64,000 bases of DNA, taken from contig JAUWGS010000002.1 of the NCBI GenBank assembly GCA_030606285.1, positions 125,612-189,611 of the forward strand, given 5' to 3'. Position 1 is the stretch's first letter. Every line of letters starts with the position of its first letter. The notes beneath the pieces were generated by a model. The model had not been told where the DNA came from. It saw nothing but the letters and a program-made list of their open reading frames with translations, and ran no database searches. This DNA is from Planctomycetales bacterium. GTDB taxonomy: Bacteria > 4484-113. Positions 8,085-18,670 of the stretch are shown here, piece by piece. The translations under genes and the position numbers were made by a program.

Positions 8085-10793
8085 GTGCTACAATTGAAGC
8101 TTCCGGCGATGATAGGAGGTTTGGGTAAAGCACGCCGCCCCGGCGGTGCGTGCGGGTCATCACACGCGCTTCGATGCCGAGCAGGGGCGAACTACTGGCG
8201 CGCGCCGGCGGTTGCGCTCACCTGCTTGCTGCTGGTGATTCTTTTTCCTGCATGGGCAATAGCGGGAGACTCCATTGACGTCGTGCATCCCGATAGCGAT
8301 TCAGCGCCACGGAAAGCCGACACTGTGGTGGGTAAGGAGGCGGAACTTGCACCTGATGAATCCACCCCGGCACCTTCTGAGCCGACACAGGTGGCTGAGA
8401 ATGGTGTGGACGAAATCGAAGACGAGTCTGCCGGAGACAGCGTGTCTGTTTCCACGAAGACAGTCGTTCCAATGTCCAAGAGCCTAACCATCCCACTTAC
8501 AGAGGGTGCGATGTACCTTGAAGCGTACGACCGGCTGGAGTTTGACCGCAGCGCGGGAACGGCGATCCTGGAGGGAGACGCTCTCATTGTGATTGACGAT
8601 TTAGAGATAGAGGCTGACTACATCGAGCTGAACGACCGGGCCAAGAATGTCTACCTCCGGGGCAGTATCGCCCTACAGCAGAAAGACGATGTCATGTTTG
8701 CCGACGAAGGCTACTACAGCTACGACACGAACGAATTCTCTTTCATCAATGTCTCCGGCAACACAGGCGGCACCGAGATAGGCGGAACCGTCTACTTCAA
8801 GGCTGATGAGGCGAAGGGTAGAATGGACGATTTTGACATGTGGAACGTGTGGGCTACTTCCTGTCCGCCCCACTGTAAGATATACGAATACGAGCTCCGC
8901 GCACGGAAGGCCAGAGTGCATCGGGACAGCAGTCTGATGCTGCACCACGTCTACATCTACGTAAGGGAGCGCAAGATAATGTTCGTGCCCGAACTCGCGT
9001 TTCCCCTTAAGAGATACAAGCCCTTGCGGCAAACGGAATCGCCCATCCAGCAGGATTTCGGGATGTCGCCGTATGAAGGATACTACTCGAAGTTCGCCTA
9101 TACGTACATGAATGAGTACTCGGAGGTTATAGGCGCGATTCTGCTGGGTGTCGCTTTGCTCGAGCTCACACAGAAACAGGGGCCCGGTACCGGCCTACGC
9201 CACGATTTCGCAACCCCGCTCGGCTTAACGACAGTGCGCGGTTTCTATCAGCGGCAGGTTGAGGGCGAGAAGGACGAGAAAACAGGCGTTGTCTATGAGC
9301 CGCAAATCAACTACGAGTACGAGCTGTTGCAGGAGCTCAAGCTCACCGATAACATTACCGGGGATCTCTCCACTAACCGGGTGAATCTCCCCACATCCTT
9401 CCGTGGCCGTAAGAACACAATGAGCAGCAAGCTGAATCTGACTTACAAGCGGCCGAAGGGAAACATCAGTCTTTCAGGAAGCCAGAATCTGAACATCAGG
9501 ACCACTTTGCCGACAGTCGAAGGTGGAGAAGTTACGCGGACGCAGACAAACTCCACAAAAGCCAACTTCTCGTTCACCCATAAGATAAACCGTAGGACAA
9601 ACCTCAATATCACGCAGACACTTGACGGTAACAAGACAACCGCAGGGGTGCCGATGGATCTGTGGGGCAACTTCAATGGCAGGTTGACCTACACGCGTCC
9701 CGACCACAGCATAGCGCTTGAGTACCAGGAGACGGGGATGGACTTCGATGGAGACCGCAATACGGAGGATGTAAACCGGTCGTACAGGAAACTGCAACCC
9801 GGGTTGACGTGGAACATCAGGCGGTCGGCTTTCGGGAAAAACACCCCATTCACCGGTGTGACGATGAATCTTGAGAGGAGATACGAACGCCGCGGCAGCG
9901 AAGATGATCCGCGCTCTACGACTCGATTCAAGGTAAACACAGGGCTGGGCAGGACTTTCAAGGGCAAGAGTACGACGCTCACGACATCCCTCGACTTCGC
10001 GCAATACATGTATGGTGACGGCAACGCCCAGTACTCGTTGAAGCCTTCGTTCAGGTTCGATTATGACAACCGGGATTGGTTCTCCTTTGGAACCCGGTGG
10101 TCGCGTACGGTGCAAAACGGGGTGAAGAACCCGCCGGTGCTGGGTGACAGAACCCGCTCGTCGCACACCACGAGCTTCAATATGGGTTTCTACAATGAGC
10201 GATGGTGGAAGCTCACCTTCCGTAGCGGCTACAATTTCCACCGGAAGGAATGGACCAAACTATCCTCCACGTGGAAGCTGTATCCCTCGCCGGATCTGGA
10301 CCTGACCTTTACTTCGGGCTACAACATAGAGAGAAAAACCTTTTCCAATCTCACCACAGAGGCCAGCTATAGTGCGCCTTCAGGAAACTGGTGGCTCAAC
10401 TGGCGAATGACCACGAAACTCCAGGGGTACGGTATTACGAGCCGGCCAGTGCCGTTCGAGAGTTATCGTTTCACATACTCGCGCAGGTATAAGCGCGGCT
10501 GGAGTTTCCATGCCACCGGCACCAAGAGCAGTCGGATTTTCGACCGCGTGCAGATCCAGAAGCGCAGCACCTGCACGACGATGAATATGGGTTACTCGTC
10601 ATATCGCGATGAATACTACGTGAGCTTTTTCATCAATGCCTTCCCGAGGTATCCAGTGGAAGTGCAGGCGAAGGAGGGAACCACAGGCGGCTGGGAATTC
10701 GACATGTCCACTCCCGCCAGTGGTTGGTTCGACATCCCGGGCCTGGCGAGCGGCTTGGGAGGCGCGTCAGGGGGCTATGCCGGGTATTACTAG
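8085..10793 (+). CDS. LPS-assembly outer-membrane protein LptD/OstA-like (N-terminal OstA beta-jellyroll plus large C-terminal beta-barrel)
   Basis: Signal/TM AVALTCLLLVILFPAWAIAG. OstA-like region KNVYLRGSIALQQKDDVMF. About 600 aa of amphipathic aromatic-rich beta-strand-like sequence, ending in aromatic residues (GYAGYY). Confidence 0.55.
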   Translation: MLQLKLPAMIGGLGKARRPGGACGSSHALRCRAGANYWRAPAVALTCLLLVILFPAWAIAGDSIDVVHPDSDSAPRKADTVVGKEAELAPDESTPAPSEPTQVAENGVDEIEDESAGDSVSVSTKTVVPMSKSLTIPLTEGAMYLEAYDRLEFDRSAGTAILEGDALIVIDDLEIEADYIELNDRAKNVYLRGSIALQQKDDVMFADEGYYSYDTNEFSFINVSGNTGGTEIGGTVYFKADEAKGRMDDFDMWNVWATSCPPHCKIYEYELRARKARVHRDSSLMLHHVYIYVRERKIMFVPELAFPLKRYKPLRQTESPIQQDFGMSPYEGYYSKFAYTYMNEYSEVIGAILLGVALLELTQKQGPGTGLRHDFATPLGLTTVRGFYQRQVEGEKDEKTGVVYEPQINYEYELLQELKLTDNITGDLSTNRVNLPTSFRGRKNTMSSKLNLTYKRPKGNISLSGSQNLNIRTTLPTVEGGEVTRTQTNSTKANFSFTHKINRRTNLNITQTLDGNKTTAGVPMDLWGNFNGRLTYTRPDHSIALEYQETGMDFDGDRNTEDVNRSYRKLQPGLTWNIRRSAFGKNTPFTGVTMNLERRYERRGSEDDPRSTTRFKVNTGLGRTFKGKSTTLTTSLDFAQYMYGDGNAQYSLKPSFRFDYDNRDWFSFGTRWSRTVQNGVKNPPVLGDRTRSSHTTSFNMGFYNERWWKLTFRSGYNFHRKEWTKLSSTWKLYPSPDLDLTFTSGYNIERKTFSNLTTEASYSAPSGNWWLNWRMTTKLQGYGITSRPVPFESYRFTYSRRYKRGWSFHATGTKSSRIFDRVQIQKRSTCTTMNMGYSSYRDEYYVSFFINAFPRYPVEVQAKEGTTGGWEFDMSTPASGWFDIPGLASGLGGASGGYAGYY

Positions 10794-10829
10794 GTAGTAC
10801 GGCTCCGGGGGGTGGCGGGCGCTGCAATC

Positions 10830-11801
10830 CTACTCCCCGCTAACCTGCTTCTCCAGGTCGAGATCGAGGACGGTGGCCATTCCCCGCACGCTGTCATAAT
10901 CGCTGTCGCTCGCCAAAACGAGGTCTTCAACGTTGTAGATATCGTACATCGCCTGCTTGCCTTCTTCAGTATGCACCAGGTCCAGAAGCGCCTGGGTTAT
11001 CGCTTCAGCGACTTCAGGCGGAACATCGGCGGCAATCGCCACCGTATCCGATGGGATTGGATCGGTCTTCCCGATGATCTTCGTCTGCTCGAAGATCTCG
11101 GGCATCGTCTCGCTGAACTTCTCGCGCGCGTCGTCATAGATAGCACCGGCGGCAACACTACCCATGTACACCGCCAGCACCGCGCTGTCGTGACCGCCTG
11201 CGAAGACATACCGCTCAAGGTCGGTATCGGGGTCAACACCGTGTTTCAGCAGAAGCGCCCGGGGGTACAGATGCCCCGATGCGCTGGCGGCATCCACGAA
11301 GGCGAATGTCTCGCCCTTCAGGTCTTCCAGTGTCTCGACGCCGGAATCCACTCGCGTGATGATTAGGCCGTAGTAAGTATCCTGCCCGTGGCGCACGACT
11401 TTGAGTACCACTTCAGCCCCGTTTCTCTGGTGGGCCAGCACGTAGGCAAGCGTTGGCAGCCAGGCGACCTGCACGTGTCCTTTGCCGAGCGCTTCGACGA
11501 CGGCGATGTAGCTTGTCGCGACGTAGTCCTTGAACTTGTAGCCGGTCTCGTCCTGCAGCATCTGCATCAGCGTCCCTGCACCCTCGACAATCTTCTCCGC
11601 CTCCGTGGATGGGACGAACGCCATCACTATGGGCTTCTTGTCGGTGCCCATAACAGGCCCCGAATCGGCGTCGCCATGCCCGACCGGTTGGTTGCACGTG
11701 CTGACGGCAAGCATGATGACAACGAGCAGTGCGATGCATGCAGGCTGAATGAGTTTCTTCACGCTGCTGATTCTAGCAGAGGTACATTCTGAAACTGCCA
11801 T
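10830..11801 (-). CDS. PhnD/SsuA-family ABC transporter substrate-binding lipoprotein (phosphonate/phosphite-type), orphan (no permease or ATPase adjacent)
   Basis: Lipoprotein signal (LLVVIMLAVSTC). Periplasmic binding protein fold with PhnD-like motifs (YIAVVEALGKGHVQVAWL, FAGGHDSAVLAV). Confidence 0.55.
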   Translation of the reverse strand: MAVSECTSARISSVKKLIQPACIALLVVIMLAVSTCNQPVGHGDADSGPVMGTDKKPIVMAFVPSTEAEKIVEGAGTLMQMLQDETGYKFKDYVATSYIAVVEALGKGHVQVAWLPTLAYVLAHQRNGAEVVLKVVRHGQDTYYGLIITRVDSGVETLEDLKGETFAFVDAASASGHLYPRALLLKHGVDPDTDLERYVFAGGHDSAVLAVYMGSVAAGAIYDDAREKFSETMPEIFEQTKIIGKTDPIPSDTVAIAADVPPEVAEAITQALLDLVHTEEGKQAMYDIYNVEDLVLASDSDYDSVRGMATVLDLDLEKQVSGE

Positions 11802-11964
11802 TATGCTGGAGAAACGAGCGACTCCGCGGAGTGCCTTGGCACGCTCGGTTGAAACAGGCTTGGAGGTTGAGGCTGTCTCGCGTTCCGCATATTCCTTTAC
11901 GGTATAATGAACTCAAGTATGGCAGTTGCACGCAGATACTGCGCAATCCGGGAGGAAAAAAAGG

Positions 11965-14900
11965 ATGTTTATTCCTTATAAAGGAACGATCAAATGGTTA
12001 TGTCTGGCTACGCTCCTGTTAGCGATAGCGCTGCTCGTGGCGTTCGCGGGCTGCGGCGGGCGCAAAGGCAAGACCTCGGTTCAGCCGGGCATCAATGTAG
12101 CGACCCCTGTGACGGGGACGCAGACTGAGACAACGCTGACGCAGGAGCTTGCGGACCTGGACGCGCTTCCGGTGCCGGAGGGTGTTGACCCATCGCTTTT
12201 CCAGGAACTCAAGGACGAGCTTGCGCGGCAGCTAAGCGAAATGGCGTCCGGCAGGATCGTGTCCACGCCGCCCACGGGCGACGCTAACGTAGTGGACGAT
12301 CTTGTGCTCATCGACTACGGCTCCGATGTCTATTCCCTCAGCTGGCACTACCGCAACAGCGGTGACTACGACCAGGACGGAGCCGTCGGCATCTCCGATA
12401 TCACGCCGATTGCCATGCATTACGGCGAAGCTGTAGAGGAAGATTACTCGTTGCTGGACGTCATTGACGGAAGCGGCAACGACGTAATCGACATCGCCGA
12501 TATTACTCCGATAGCTATGAACTATTCCAGCGAGGTTGCAGGCTATTCAATCCAGGGCGCCGACGACCTGGAAGCCCCGTTCACCGAGATAGGCACCGTG
12601 CCGTTTTCTGCGGGAACCGGTGACGGTTGTCTGAGCTTCACTCACGGTCTATCAACGCTGGCGAATCTTCTCTACCAGGTGGTGCCCTTCGACGCCGTCC
12701 CCGAAGAAGGAGTGCCATCGGGCGTGGTTTCAACGGCAGAAATGGCGTTCAACCCCACATCCGATATCGTGCTGAGCGGAGGTACGTACAACTTCTCCTT
12801 CATCAACATCCCTGCCGGTGTCACCGTTACGGTCGAAGGAGACGCGGTCTTTAATGTGAGCGGCGACATCAACATAGAAGGCACGGTCGTAGGCGACGGC
12901 TACGGGATGGACTTCCAGGGCCACGGTGACATTACGATTACGGGAACCTTGGACAACAGCACTCCCGGCGACCCCGAGGATGCGGGCGACCTGATAATCC
13001 ATACCGATGACGGCGCAATAGTCATCGGCACCGAGGACACTCCGTCGACTCTGGACTCTTCGGGCAATCTGGACATCAGCAATGATCCCACCATCGAGGA
13101 GTGGGAGTTCGACGTATTGCCGGATGAACTTTCAGAGACCCAGCTCCCACCGGTTGGGTTGGCAACGGCGGATATCATCCACGACACCGTCCTGCCTGAA
13201 TTGCCAGTCGAGATATCGTTCTTCGGCGACGGCGCGGACCCCGACGGCGGGCCGGTAACCTACGAGTGGTCTTTCGGCGACGGCGGCTCCTCGACCGAAA
13301 AAGACCCGGTGCATGAGTACGTTTCCGTGGGTTTCTACGATGTGGTCCTCACGATAACGGACGATGACGCGGAAAGCTGCCAGTCGTGGATTCGCGTTGT
13401 AATAGACGACGGCGACCTGGACATCCCCGACGAGCCTGCGGTCTGGATAGAGCCGTCAGATATCGTGGTCGAGGCTGACCAGGAAGTCTTCTTCAGCTCG
13501 GAAGCCCTGGACCCCCAGGGGCTTGATCTAACCTATTCCTGGGATTTCGGCGATGGCGGGGACTCAACGGAATCCGATCCTTCGCACACTTATACGACCT
13601 CCGGTCGCTACCAGGTGGCACTCGTCGTCACTGACACAGGCCTAAACGAATCAACTGCAACTGCGTCCATCTACGTCTTCTCGCCCACTGCTACGTCGTC
13701 GCTCTCGGCTTCGCAGATTGTGCAGAATCCCGACGGGTCCTACAACATAAACTACAACGGTGGCTCGGCTCAGCCGGGTCGCAAGGGCAAGCGTGCGCGG
13801 CTTCGCTGCCGGGGCGACACGGTCATCAACGGCGGCAACATTAAGGCGCAGGACGGTGGTGACGGCGTGGACCGCGCAGGCGTGAGCGTTCGCGGTGGGA
13901 GCGGCGGCAAGGGCGGCAGCCTGCAGATACTCGTTGCGGGAGAGCTGGAGGTTAGAGGCGGTACGACCTTCGCCAGCGGCAATGGCGGCGACGGTGGAGC
14001 TGCCGACGCTGACGCGCCCGCTGGAGGAAACGCGTACGCTAGAGGCGGCAAAGGCGGCGACGCAGGCTATAGTCTCAGGATCGCTGCGACGCAAGGCCTG
14101 AAATTCACCGGCGCGGTCACAATGAATCCTGGTAGCGGCGGCGATGGTGGTCAAGCTACCGCCGACGGCGGTGATGGAGCTGCCCAGTGTCCCCAGGGAC
14201 GGGACGGCGGCAGGGCTTCCGCTTACGGCGGCACTGGTGGTAAAGGCTCAAAGTCTGTTGCCATCCGGGGAAACGTCGTTGGGCTCGCAAACGTGTCGGT
14301 CGAAGGCGGGCAGGGCGGCATCGGCGGCTGGGCTGAGGCAACTGCTGGAGACGGCGGCGACGCTAACTGCGTGACTACCGCGACCGGTGGCGACGGAGAC
14401 AAAGCCTATGCCAAGGGCGGCAGGGGCGGTAACGCCTATCTATCAGGCCAGTTCGGCGCCTTTGGAGCAATTGCGGCGGATGCTTTCAAAGCCGGAGACG
14501 GCGGTAACGGCGAAGCCTGGGGCGGCTACGGTGGCGCTGCCATCGCTAACCCGCCAGGGCCAACGGACGCGACCGGCGGTGATGGCGCTAAAGCGATGGC
14601 CATCGGCGGCAAGGGAGGCTCGGGAAGGACCGCCGGTGATGGTGGTGACGCTGATGCTTTCGGCGGGTACGGCGGACCAGCCACTGCTCTGCCGGAACAC
14701 GGCGCAGCCTGCCAGGCCGGCAAGAGCGCGACCGCAAACGGCGGGAACGGTGGCGATGCCTATTCGCGTTACGGCAAATCCGGACGAGGTGGCGGTGTGG
14801 ATGGCCAGGCCACTTCCGACGCCGGAGAGGGCGGCAGCGCTACAGCTACCGGTGGAAACGGTGGTGACTGTAACGTGTGTCCGGGTGGTGCAGGCGGTGA

Positions 14901-15747
14901 CGGAGGCGCTGCTACGGCGACTGGCGGTGAGGGCGCAGATGCCACCGGCAACGGTAGCAAAACCGGAGGTAACGGCGGTAATGGTATGGCTACCGGTGGT
15001 GATGGCGGAGACGGCGCGAGCTGCTGCGTGAAGTTCTTCGAGCAGCAAGGTGGAGATGGCGGCGACGGCGGCGATGCTACCTCCACGGCTGGCAATGGCG
15101 GCAGCCCGGACGGTACCGGCGGTGGTAATGACGGGAAAGCTGGTGACGGCGGTGACGGCGGTGACGGCTGGGGCCCAGGCTCCGGCGGAGCCAAAGGTAT
15201 CGGAACCAATGTCCCTAACGGAGCGGATGGTGTGGATGGCAACCCGTGCCCGCCCTGGACCATCTGGTACATCTACCTGTCGACGATTGACCCGGGTCCG
15301 ATCGAGCCCGGAATCCCCCACGACCTGGACGTCTACCTGGATGACAAGACAACAAAGACCGGCTACACCGTGGAGGCTTACTTCCTGACCGAAGCAGAAT
15401 TTGGAGATCCTGTGGGCTACGACAAGGAGGCTGATTCTCTCTTCGTCAACCCGGCGGGCGCCGTCATATTCGACCTAATAAACGTGGTTCCGGATTTCCC
15501 TGTGGGCAGAGTGGAGGTGGAGATTAACCACTACAGCACGGAGGCTAACTCAATTCTGCTCAGTGGATATTACGATGGCGAGGAAGTGGCATATGTCGGC
15601 AACACCGCGGGTTCGGGTGACCTGGTCCACGAAACCCTGAAGCTGCCGCCTCCGCCTGGTGGAGTGCCCTACTATGATTCATTCGGGTTGTGGGGCTACG
15701 ACTACTTCGAAGTTGAGTGCTGGTGGATCGAGATCGTTGATCCGTAA
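11965..15747 (+). CDS. large secreted lipoprotein: dockerin-like Ca-binding repeats, two PKD domains, ~480-aa Gly/Asp/Ala low-complexity repeat region, C-terminal globular domain
   Basis: GGAGGA RBS and ATG at 11965. Lipobox LLVAFAGC. Dockerin-like DYDQDGAVGISDITPIAMHYGE and DVIDGSGNDVIDIADITPIAMNY. PKD signatures YEWSFGDGGSSTEKDPVHEY and YSWDFGDGGDSTESDPSHTY. GGxGGDG repeats 13.8-15.2 kb. Confidence 0.6.
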   Translation: MFIPYKGTIKWLCLATLLLAIALLVAFAGCGGRKGKTSVQPGINVATPVTGTQTETTLTQELADLDALPVPEGVDPSLFQELKDELARQLSEMASGRIVSTPPTGDANVVDDLVLIDYGSDVYSLSWHYRNSGDYDQDGAVGISDITPIAMHYGEAVEEDYSLLDVIDGSGNDVIDIADITPIAMNYSSEVAGYSIQGADDLEAPFTEIGTVPFSAGTGDGCLSFTHGLSTLANLLYQVVPFDAVPEEGVPSGVVSTAEMAFNPTSDIVLSGGTYNFSFINIPAGVTVTVEGDAVFNVSGDINIEGTVVGDGYGMDFQGHGDITITGTLDNSTPGDPEDAGDLIIHTDDGAIVIGTEDTPSTLDSSGNLDISNDPTIEEWEFDVLPDELSETQLPPVGLATADIIHDTVLPELPVEISFFGDGADPDGGPVTYEWSFGDGGSSTEKDPVHEYVSVGFYDVVLTITDDDAESCQSWIRVVIDDGDLDIPDEPAVWIEPSDIVVEADQEVFFSSEALDPQGLDLTYSWDFGDGGDSTESDPSHTYTTSGRYQVALVVTDTGLNESTATASIYVFSPTATSSLSASQIVQNPDGSYNINYNGGSAQPGRKGKRARLRCRGDTVINGGNIKAQDGGDGVDRAGVSVRGGSGGKGGSLQILVAGELEVRGGTTFASGNGGDGGAADADAPAGGNAYARGGKGGDAGYSLRIAATQGLKFTGAVTMNPGSGGDGGQATADGGDGAAQCPQGRDGGRASAYGGTGGKGSKSVAIRGNVVGLANVSVEGGQGGIGGWAEATAGDGGDANCVTTATGGDGDKAYAKGGRGGNAYLSGQFGAFGAIAADAFKAGDGGNGEAWGGYGGAAIANPPGPTDATGGDGAKAMAIGGKGGSGRTAGDGGDADAFGGYGGPATALPEHGAACQAGKSATANGGNGGDAYSRYGKSGRGGGVDGQATSDAGEGGSATATGGNGGDCNVCPGGAGGDGGAATATGGEGADATGNGSKTGGNGGNGMATGGDGGDGASCCVKFFEQQGGDGGDGGDATSTAGNGGSPDGTGGGNDGKAGDGGDGGDGWGPGSGGAKGIGTNVPNGADGVDGNPCPPWTIWYIYLSTIDPGPIEPGIPHDLDVYLDDKTTKTGYTVEAYFLTEAEFGDPVGYDKEADSLFVNPAGAVIFDLINVVPDFPVGRVEVEINHYSTEANSILLSGYYDGEEVAYVGNTAGSGDLVHETLKLPPPPGGVPYYDSFGLWGYDYFEVECWWIEIVDP
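13790..15230 (+). repeat. low-complexity Gly/Asp/Ala-rich coding repeat (GG-D/N-GG-x-A/G units) inside the large lipoprotein gene
   Basis: Repetitive ggcggcga / ggtgg motifs. Causes long spurious ORFs on both strands (e.g. 14443-15321 minus strand). Confidence 0.6.
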
Positions 15748-15885
15748 GGCGCGTTTTCGCGCTGGATATTACTAAGCAGCCAACGGCCAGAGAGTTGGCT
15801 GCTTCGCATTCGCGCTCGATTGCCGGTGACGTCGGCTCCCCGTGTGTTATCATCAGGCTTTGCGCGTTACATCAGGGAGAGCGCT

Positions 15886-17646
15886 ATGCACAAACGCACA
15901 CATCTGGTCGGCGAAGCCTTTTCGGTCGCACCCGAAACGCAGGTCACGCTTATGGGCTGGGTGGAGCGCCAGCGCGACCTGGGCAGCCTCGTTTTCTTCC
16001 GCTTGCGTGACCGATGGGGCAGCCTGCAGGTGCGGGTCAACGAGAGCGAGAATCCTGACGCGCACGCGGTCGCCCGTAAGCTGCGTGCCGAGTTCGTTGT
16101 CTCAGTAAACGGCGTCATCAAACTGCGCCCTGAAGACGAGCGCAAAGACGAGCCCGGCGGCGACCGGGAACTGGTGCCGGAGAGCATTGAAATCCTCGGC
16201 GAATCCAAAACGCCGCCGTTTTACATCACGGACGAAACGCCTTCCGACGACGTGCTGCGAATGCAGTACCGCTACCTCGATCTGCGCCGCCCGCCGATGG
16301 TGCGCATCATGGAGATTCGCCACCGGGCATTCTTCGAGCTGCGCCGCTACCTGGACAGTCTGGGCTTCTGGGAGATAGAAACGCCGATACTCACAAAGAG
16401 CACTCCCGAAGGTGCGCGCGACTATCTCGTGCCGAGCCGCGTGCAGCCCGGACGATTTTACGCGCTGCCGCAATCGCCGCAGCTGCTCAAGCAGACGCTG
16501 ATGATTGCCGGCACCGACCGCTACTTCCAGCTTTCGCGCTGCTTCCGTGACGAAGACCTGCGCGCCGACCGCCAGCCGGAGTTCACCCAGCTCGACCTGG
16601 AAATGAGCTTCGTCACGCGCAACGAACTCTTCGAAATCGGCGAAGGCTCGATGGCGCACATATTCAAAGAGACGCTCGGCGTGGAAGTCAAGCGGCCATT
16701 CCCCGTTTACACATACGCTGAAGTGATGGCACGCTTTGGGACGGACAAGCCCGATGTCCGCTACGGCTGCGAGATACGCGAGTTCAGCGGCGCGTTCGCC
16801 GGTACGGAGTTTCGCGTATTCGCGAGCGTGCTTGAAGCCGGCGGTGCGGTGAAAGGCATCTTCGTGCCAGATGTGAAGCCCTCGCGGAAGGAAGAAGATG
16901 AGCTCAACGCGTTAGTCCGCAAGCGCGGCGGGGGCGGCTTGGCGCTGCTGCGGGTGCAGGACGGCAAGCCCACAGGCTCTCTGGCAAAGTTCCTGGACGA
17001 ACAGCGCTTCAAGGCTATACAGGAAGCAGCGGGCGAAACCGGCGACGGCACGTTTATGCTTATGGCGGGCGAACCGGACGCGCTGCTGCCGGTGCTGGGC
17101 GAGCTTCGCGTGCACGTCGCGGACACATTCAGCATTCCGAAGGCAGACGGCTTCCAATTCTGCTGGGTCGTTGACTTCCCGCTGTACGAGCCGGACGAAG
17201 AAACCGGCAAGCCAATTCCGATGCACCATCCCTTCACGTCGCCGCTGGAAGAGGATATCGAGTTTCTCGAAAGCGATCCGCTCAAGGTTCGCGCGGATTC
17301 CTACGATATGGTGATGAACGGCGTCGAGCTTGGCAGCGGCAGTCTGCGCGTGTTCAACCCCGAGCTTCAGCGGCGCATCCTGCGCAACCTCGGAATGACC
17401 GACGATGTAATTACTCAGCGCTTCGGCTTTCTGCTGCAAGCGTACGGGTACGGCGGCCCCCCGCATCGCGGTTTCGCGCTGGGGCTTGACCGCATCATCG
17501 CGCTGATGGCGGGGACGTCCAGCATCCGTGATGTCATCGCGTTTCCCAAGACCACGAGCGCGCAATGTCCGCTGACCGGAGCGCCGTCTGAAGTGAGCGA
17601 CGACCAGCTTGCGGAACTTAAACTCAAGAAACGCGACGGCGATTAG
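15886..17646 (+). CDS. aspS: aspartate--tRNA ligase
   Basis: Class II aaRS motifs QSPQLLKQTLMIAG and FQLSRCFRDEDLRADRQPEFTQLDLE; C-terminal GGPPHRGFALGLDR. Start at M23 of the listed ORF (AGGGAGAG RBS). Confidence 0.9.
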   Translation: MHKRTHLVGEAFSVAPETQVTLMGWVERQRDLGSLVFFRLRDRWGSLQVRVNESENPDAHAVARKLRAEFVVSVNGVIKLRPEDERKDEPGGDRELVPESIEILGESKTPPFYITDETPSDDVLRMQYRYLDLRRPPMVRIMEIRHRAFFELRRYLDSLGFWEIETPILTKSTPEGARDYLVPSRVQPGRFYALPQSPQLLKQTLMIAGTDRYFQLSRCFRDEDLRADRQPEFTQLDLEMSFVTRNELFEIGEGSMAHIFKETLGVEVKRPFPVYTYAEVMARFGTDKPDVRYGCEIREFSGAFAGTEFRVFASVLEAGGAVKGIFVPDVKPSRKEEDELNALVRKRGGGGLALLRVQDGKPTGSLAKFLDEQRFKAIQEAAGETGDGTFMLMAGEPDALLPVLGELRVHVADTFSIPKADGFQFCWVVDFPLYEPDEETGKPIPMHHPFTSPLEEDIEFLESDPLKVRADSYDMVMNGVELGSGSLRVFNPELQRRILRNLGMTDDVITQRFGFLLQAYGYGGPPHRGFALGLDRIIALMAGTSSIRDVIAFPKTTSAQCPLTGAPSEVSDDQLAELKLKKRDGD

Positions 17647-17693
17647 CGTCGGCGGAACAATGCGCTGTTTGCCGCGTCAAAGCTGGTGAGGAT

Positions 17694-18311
17694 ATGCAGC
17701 GGTATCAGAAGTACAGCTACGGCCTGCTCTGGGCGCTGGTCGCCGTGGTTGTGCTGGCGCTGATTTCGTTCGTATTCCTATTCCGGCCCCCACAGGCGGA
17801 GCGTATCGCCATAGATCCCGCAAGCTACACGCCGTCGGAAGCGCGCCTGGAGGCGGAGCGCGAGGAAGCGGGGGAAGACCCGCTGCTCACCAATCCTCCG
17901 GACGTCAGCATCAAGGAGACCGAAATCGTCCTTTCCAGCACCGACGGGCAGATACAGATGCGCCTGTCGTCCAGTGAAGCGTTCAGCAAAGAGGGCGTGG
18001 TGAGCTTGCCCGAAGCCGAGCTTGAGTTCTACTTCAAAGACAGGCGCAAGCTATATTTGTTAGCGCGCGACCTGACTTACACGCTGCGCGAGGAAGTTGC
18101 CGAAGTCAGCGGCGAGCTTTCGGGCGAGATACAGTCGCTGAAGATGCGCTTCACCGCCGAGGGCGTCGTATGGAACCAGCGCGAGTCGGCGCTGACATTG
18201 AAGCGCGCAACGCTGGTGGACCCCGCGTTCGAGGTGGAGGCGCAGGACATCCGCGTGGACGTGAAAGAAGACACGCTGCAGGTCCTCGGCGGCGTCCGGG
18301 TGAATTTGTAG
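17694..18311 (+). CDS. membrane-anchored hypothetical protein (single N-terminal TM; possibly LptC/OstA-like beta-jellyroll)
   Basis: TM LLWALVAVVVLALISFVFLF followed by ~170-aa soluble domain. Fold assignment is speculative. Confidence 0.3.
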   Translation: MQRYQKYSYGLLWALVAVVVLALISFVFLFRPPQAERIAIDPASYTPSEARLEAEREEAGEDPLLTNPPDVSIKETEIVLSSTDGQIQMRLSSSEAFSKEGVVSLPEAELEFYFKDRRKLYLLARDLTYTLREEVAEVSGELSGEIQSLKMRFTAEGVVWNQRESALTLKRATLVDPAFEVEAQDIRVDVKEDTLQVLGGVRVNL

Positions 18312-18670
18312 TTGTGGCGGGCCTGAGATTGCCGGACGCGCGGCACGCCCAGGCGTGTAAATCTCCAGGCCGCGCGATTAAAGGTGTGGTGACCCTCCCG
18401 CGCCTACGGCTTGGCGGGTAAACCTGGAGGCTTGCCAGCCCTTCTGGCTGGTCACCACTCCGGACAGGGAAGACTCCCAACCGGGTAGGCGGTGCTAACC
18501 AGCGCCGCTCTTATTCTCTGGATTCTTTATTCTTGCTGGCGACTGGAAGCTGGAAGCTGACGTTTACCCGCCATCATGCGCCGCGCGTGACCGGCGGGAC
18601 TGCCAAGCCCCGCCTTTACCATGTGAGCTATTAGGGCTAAACTTAGATAAGACCACCTGGGAGGTAAAAG

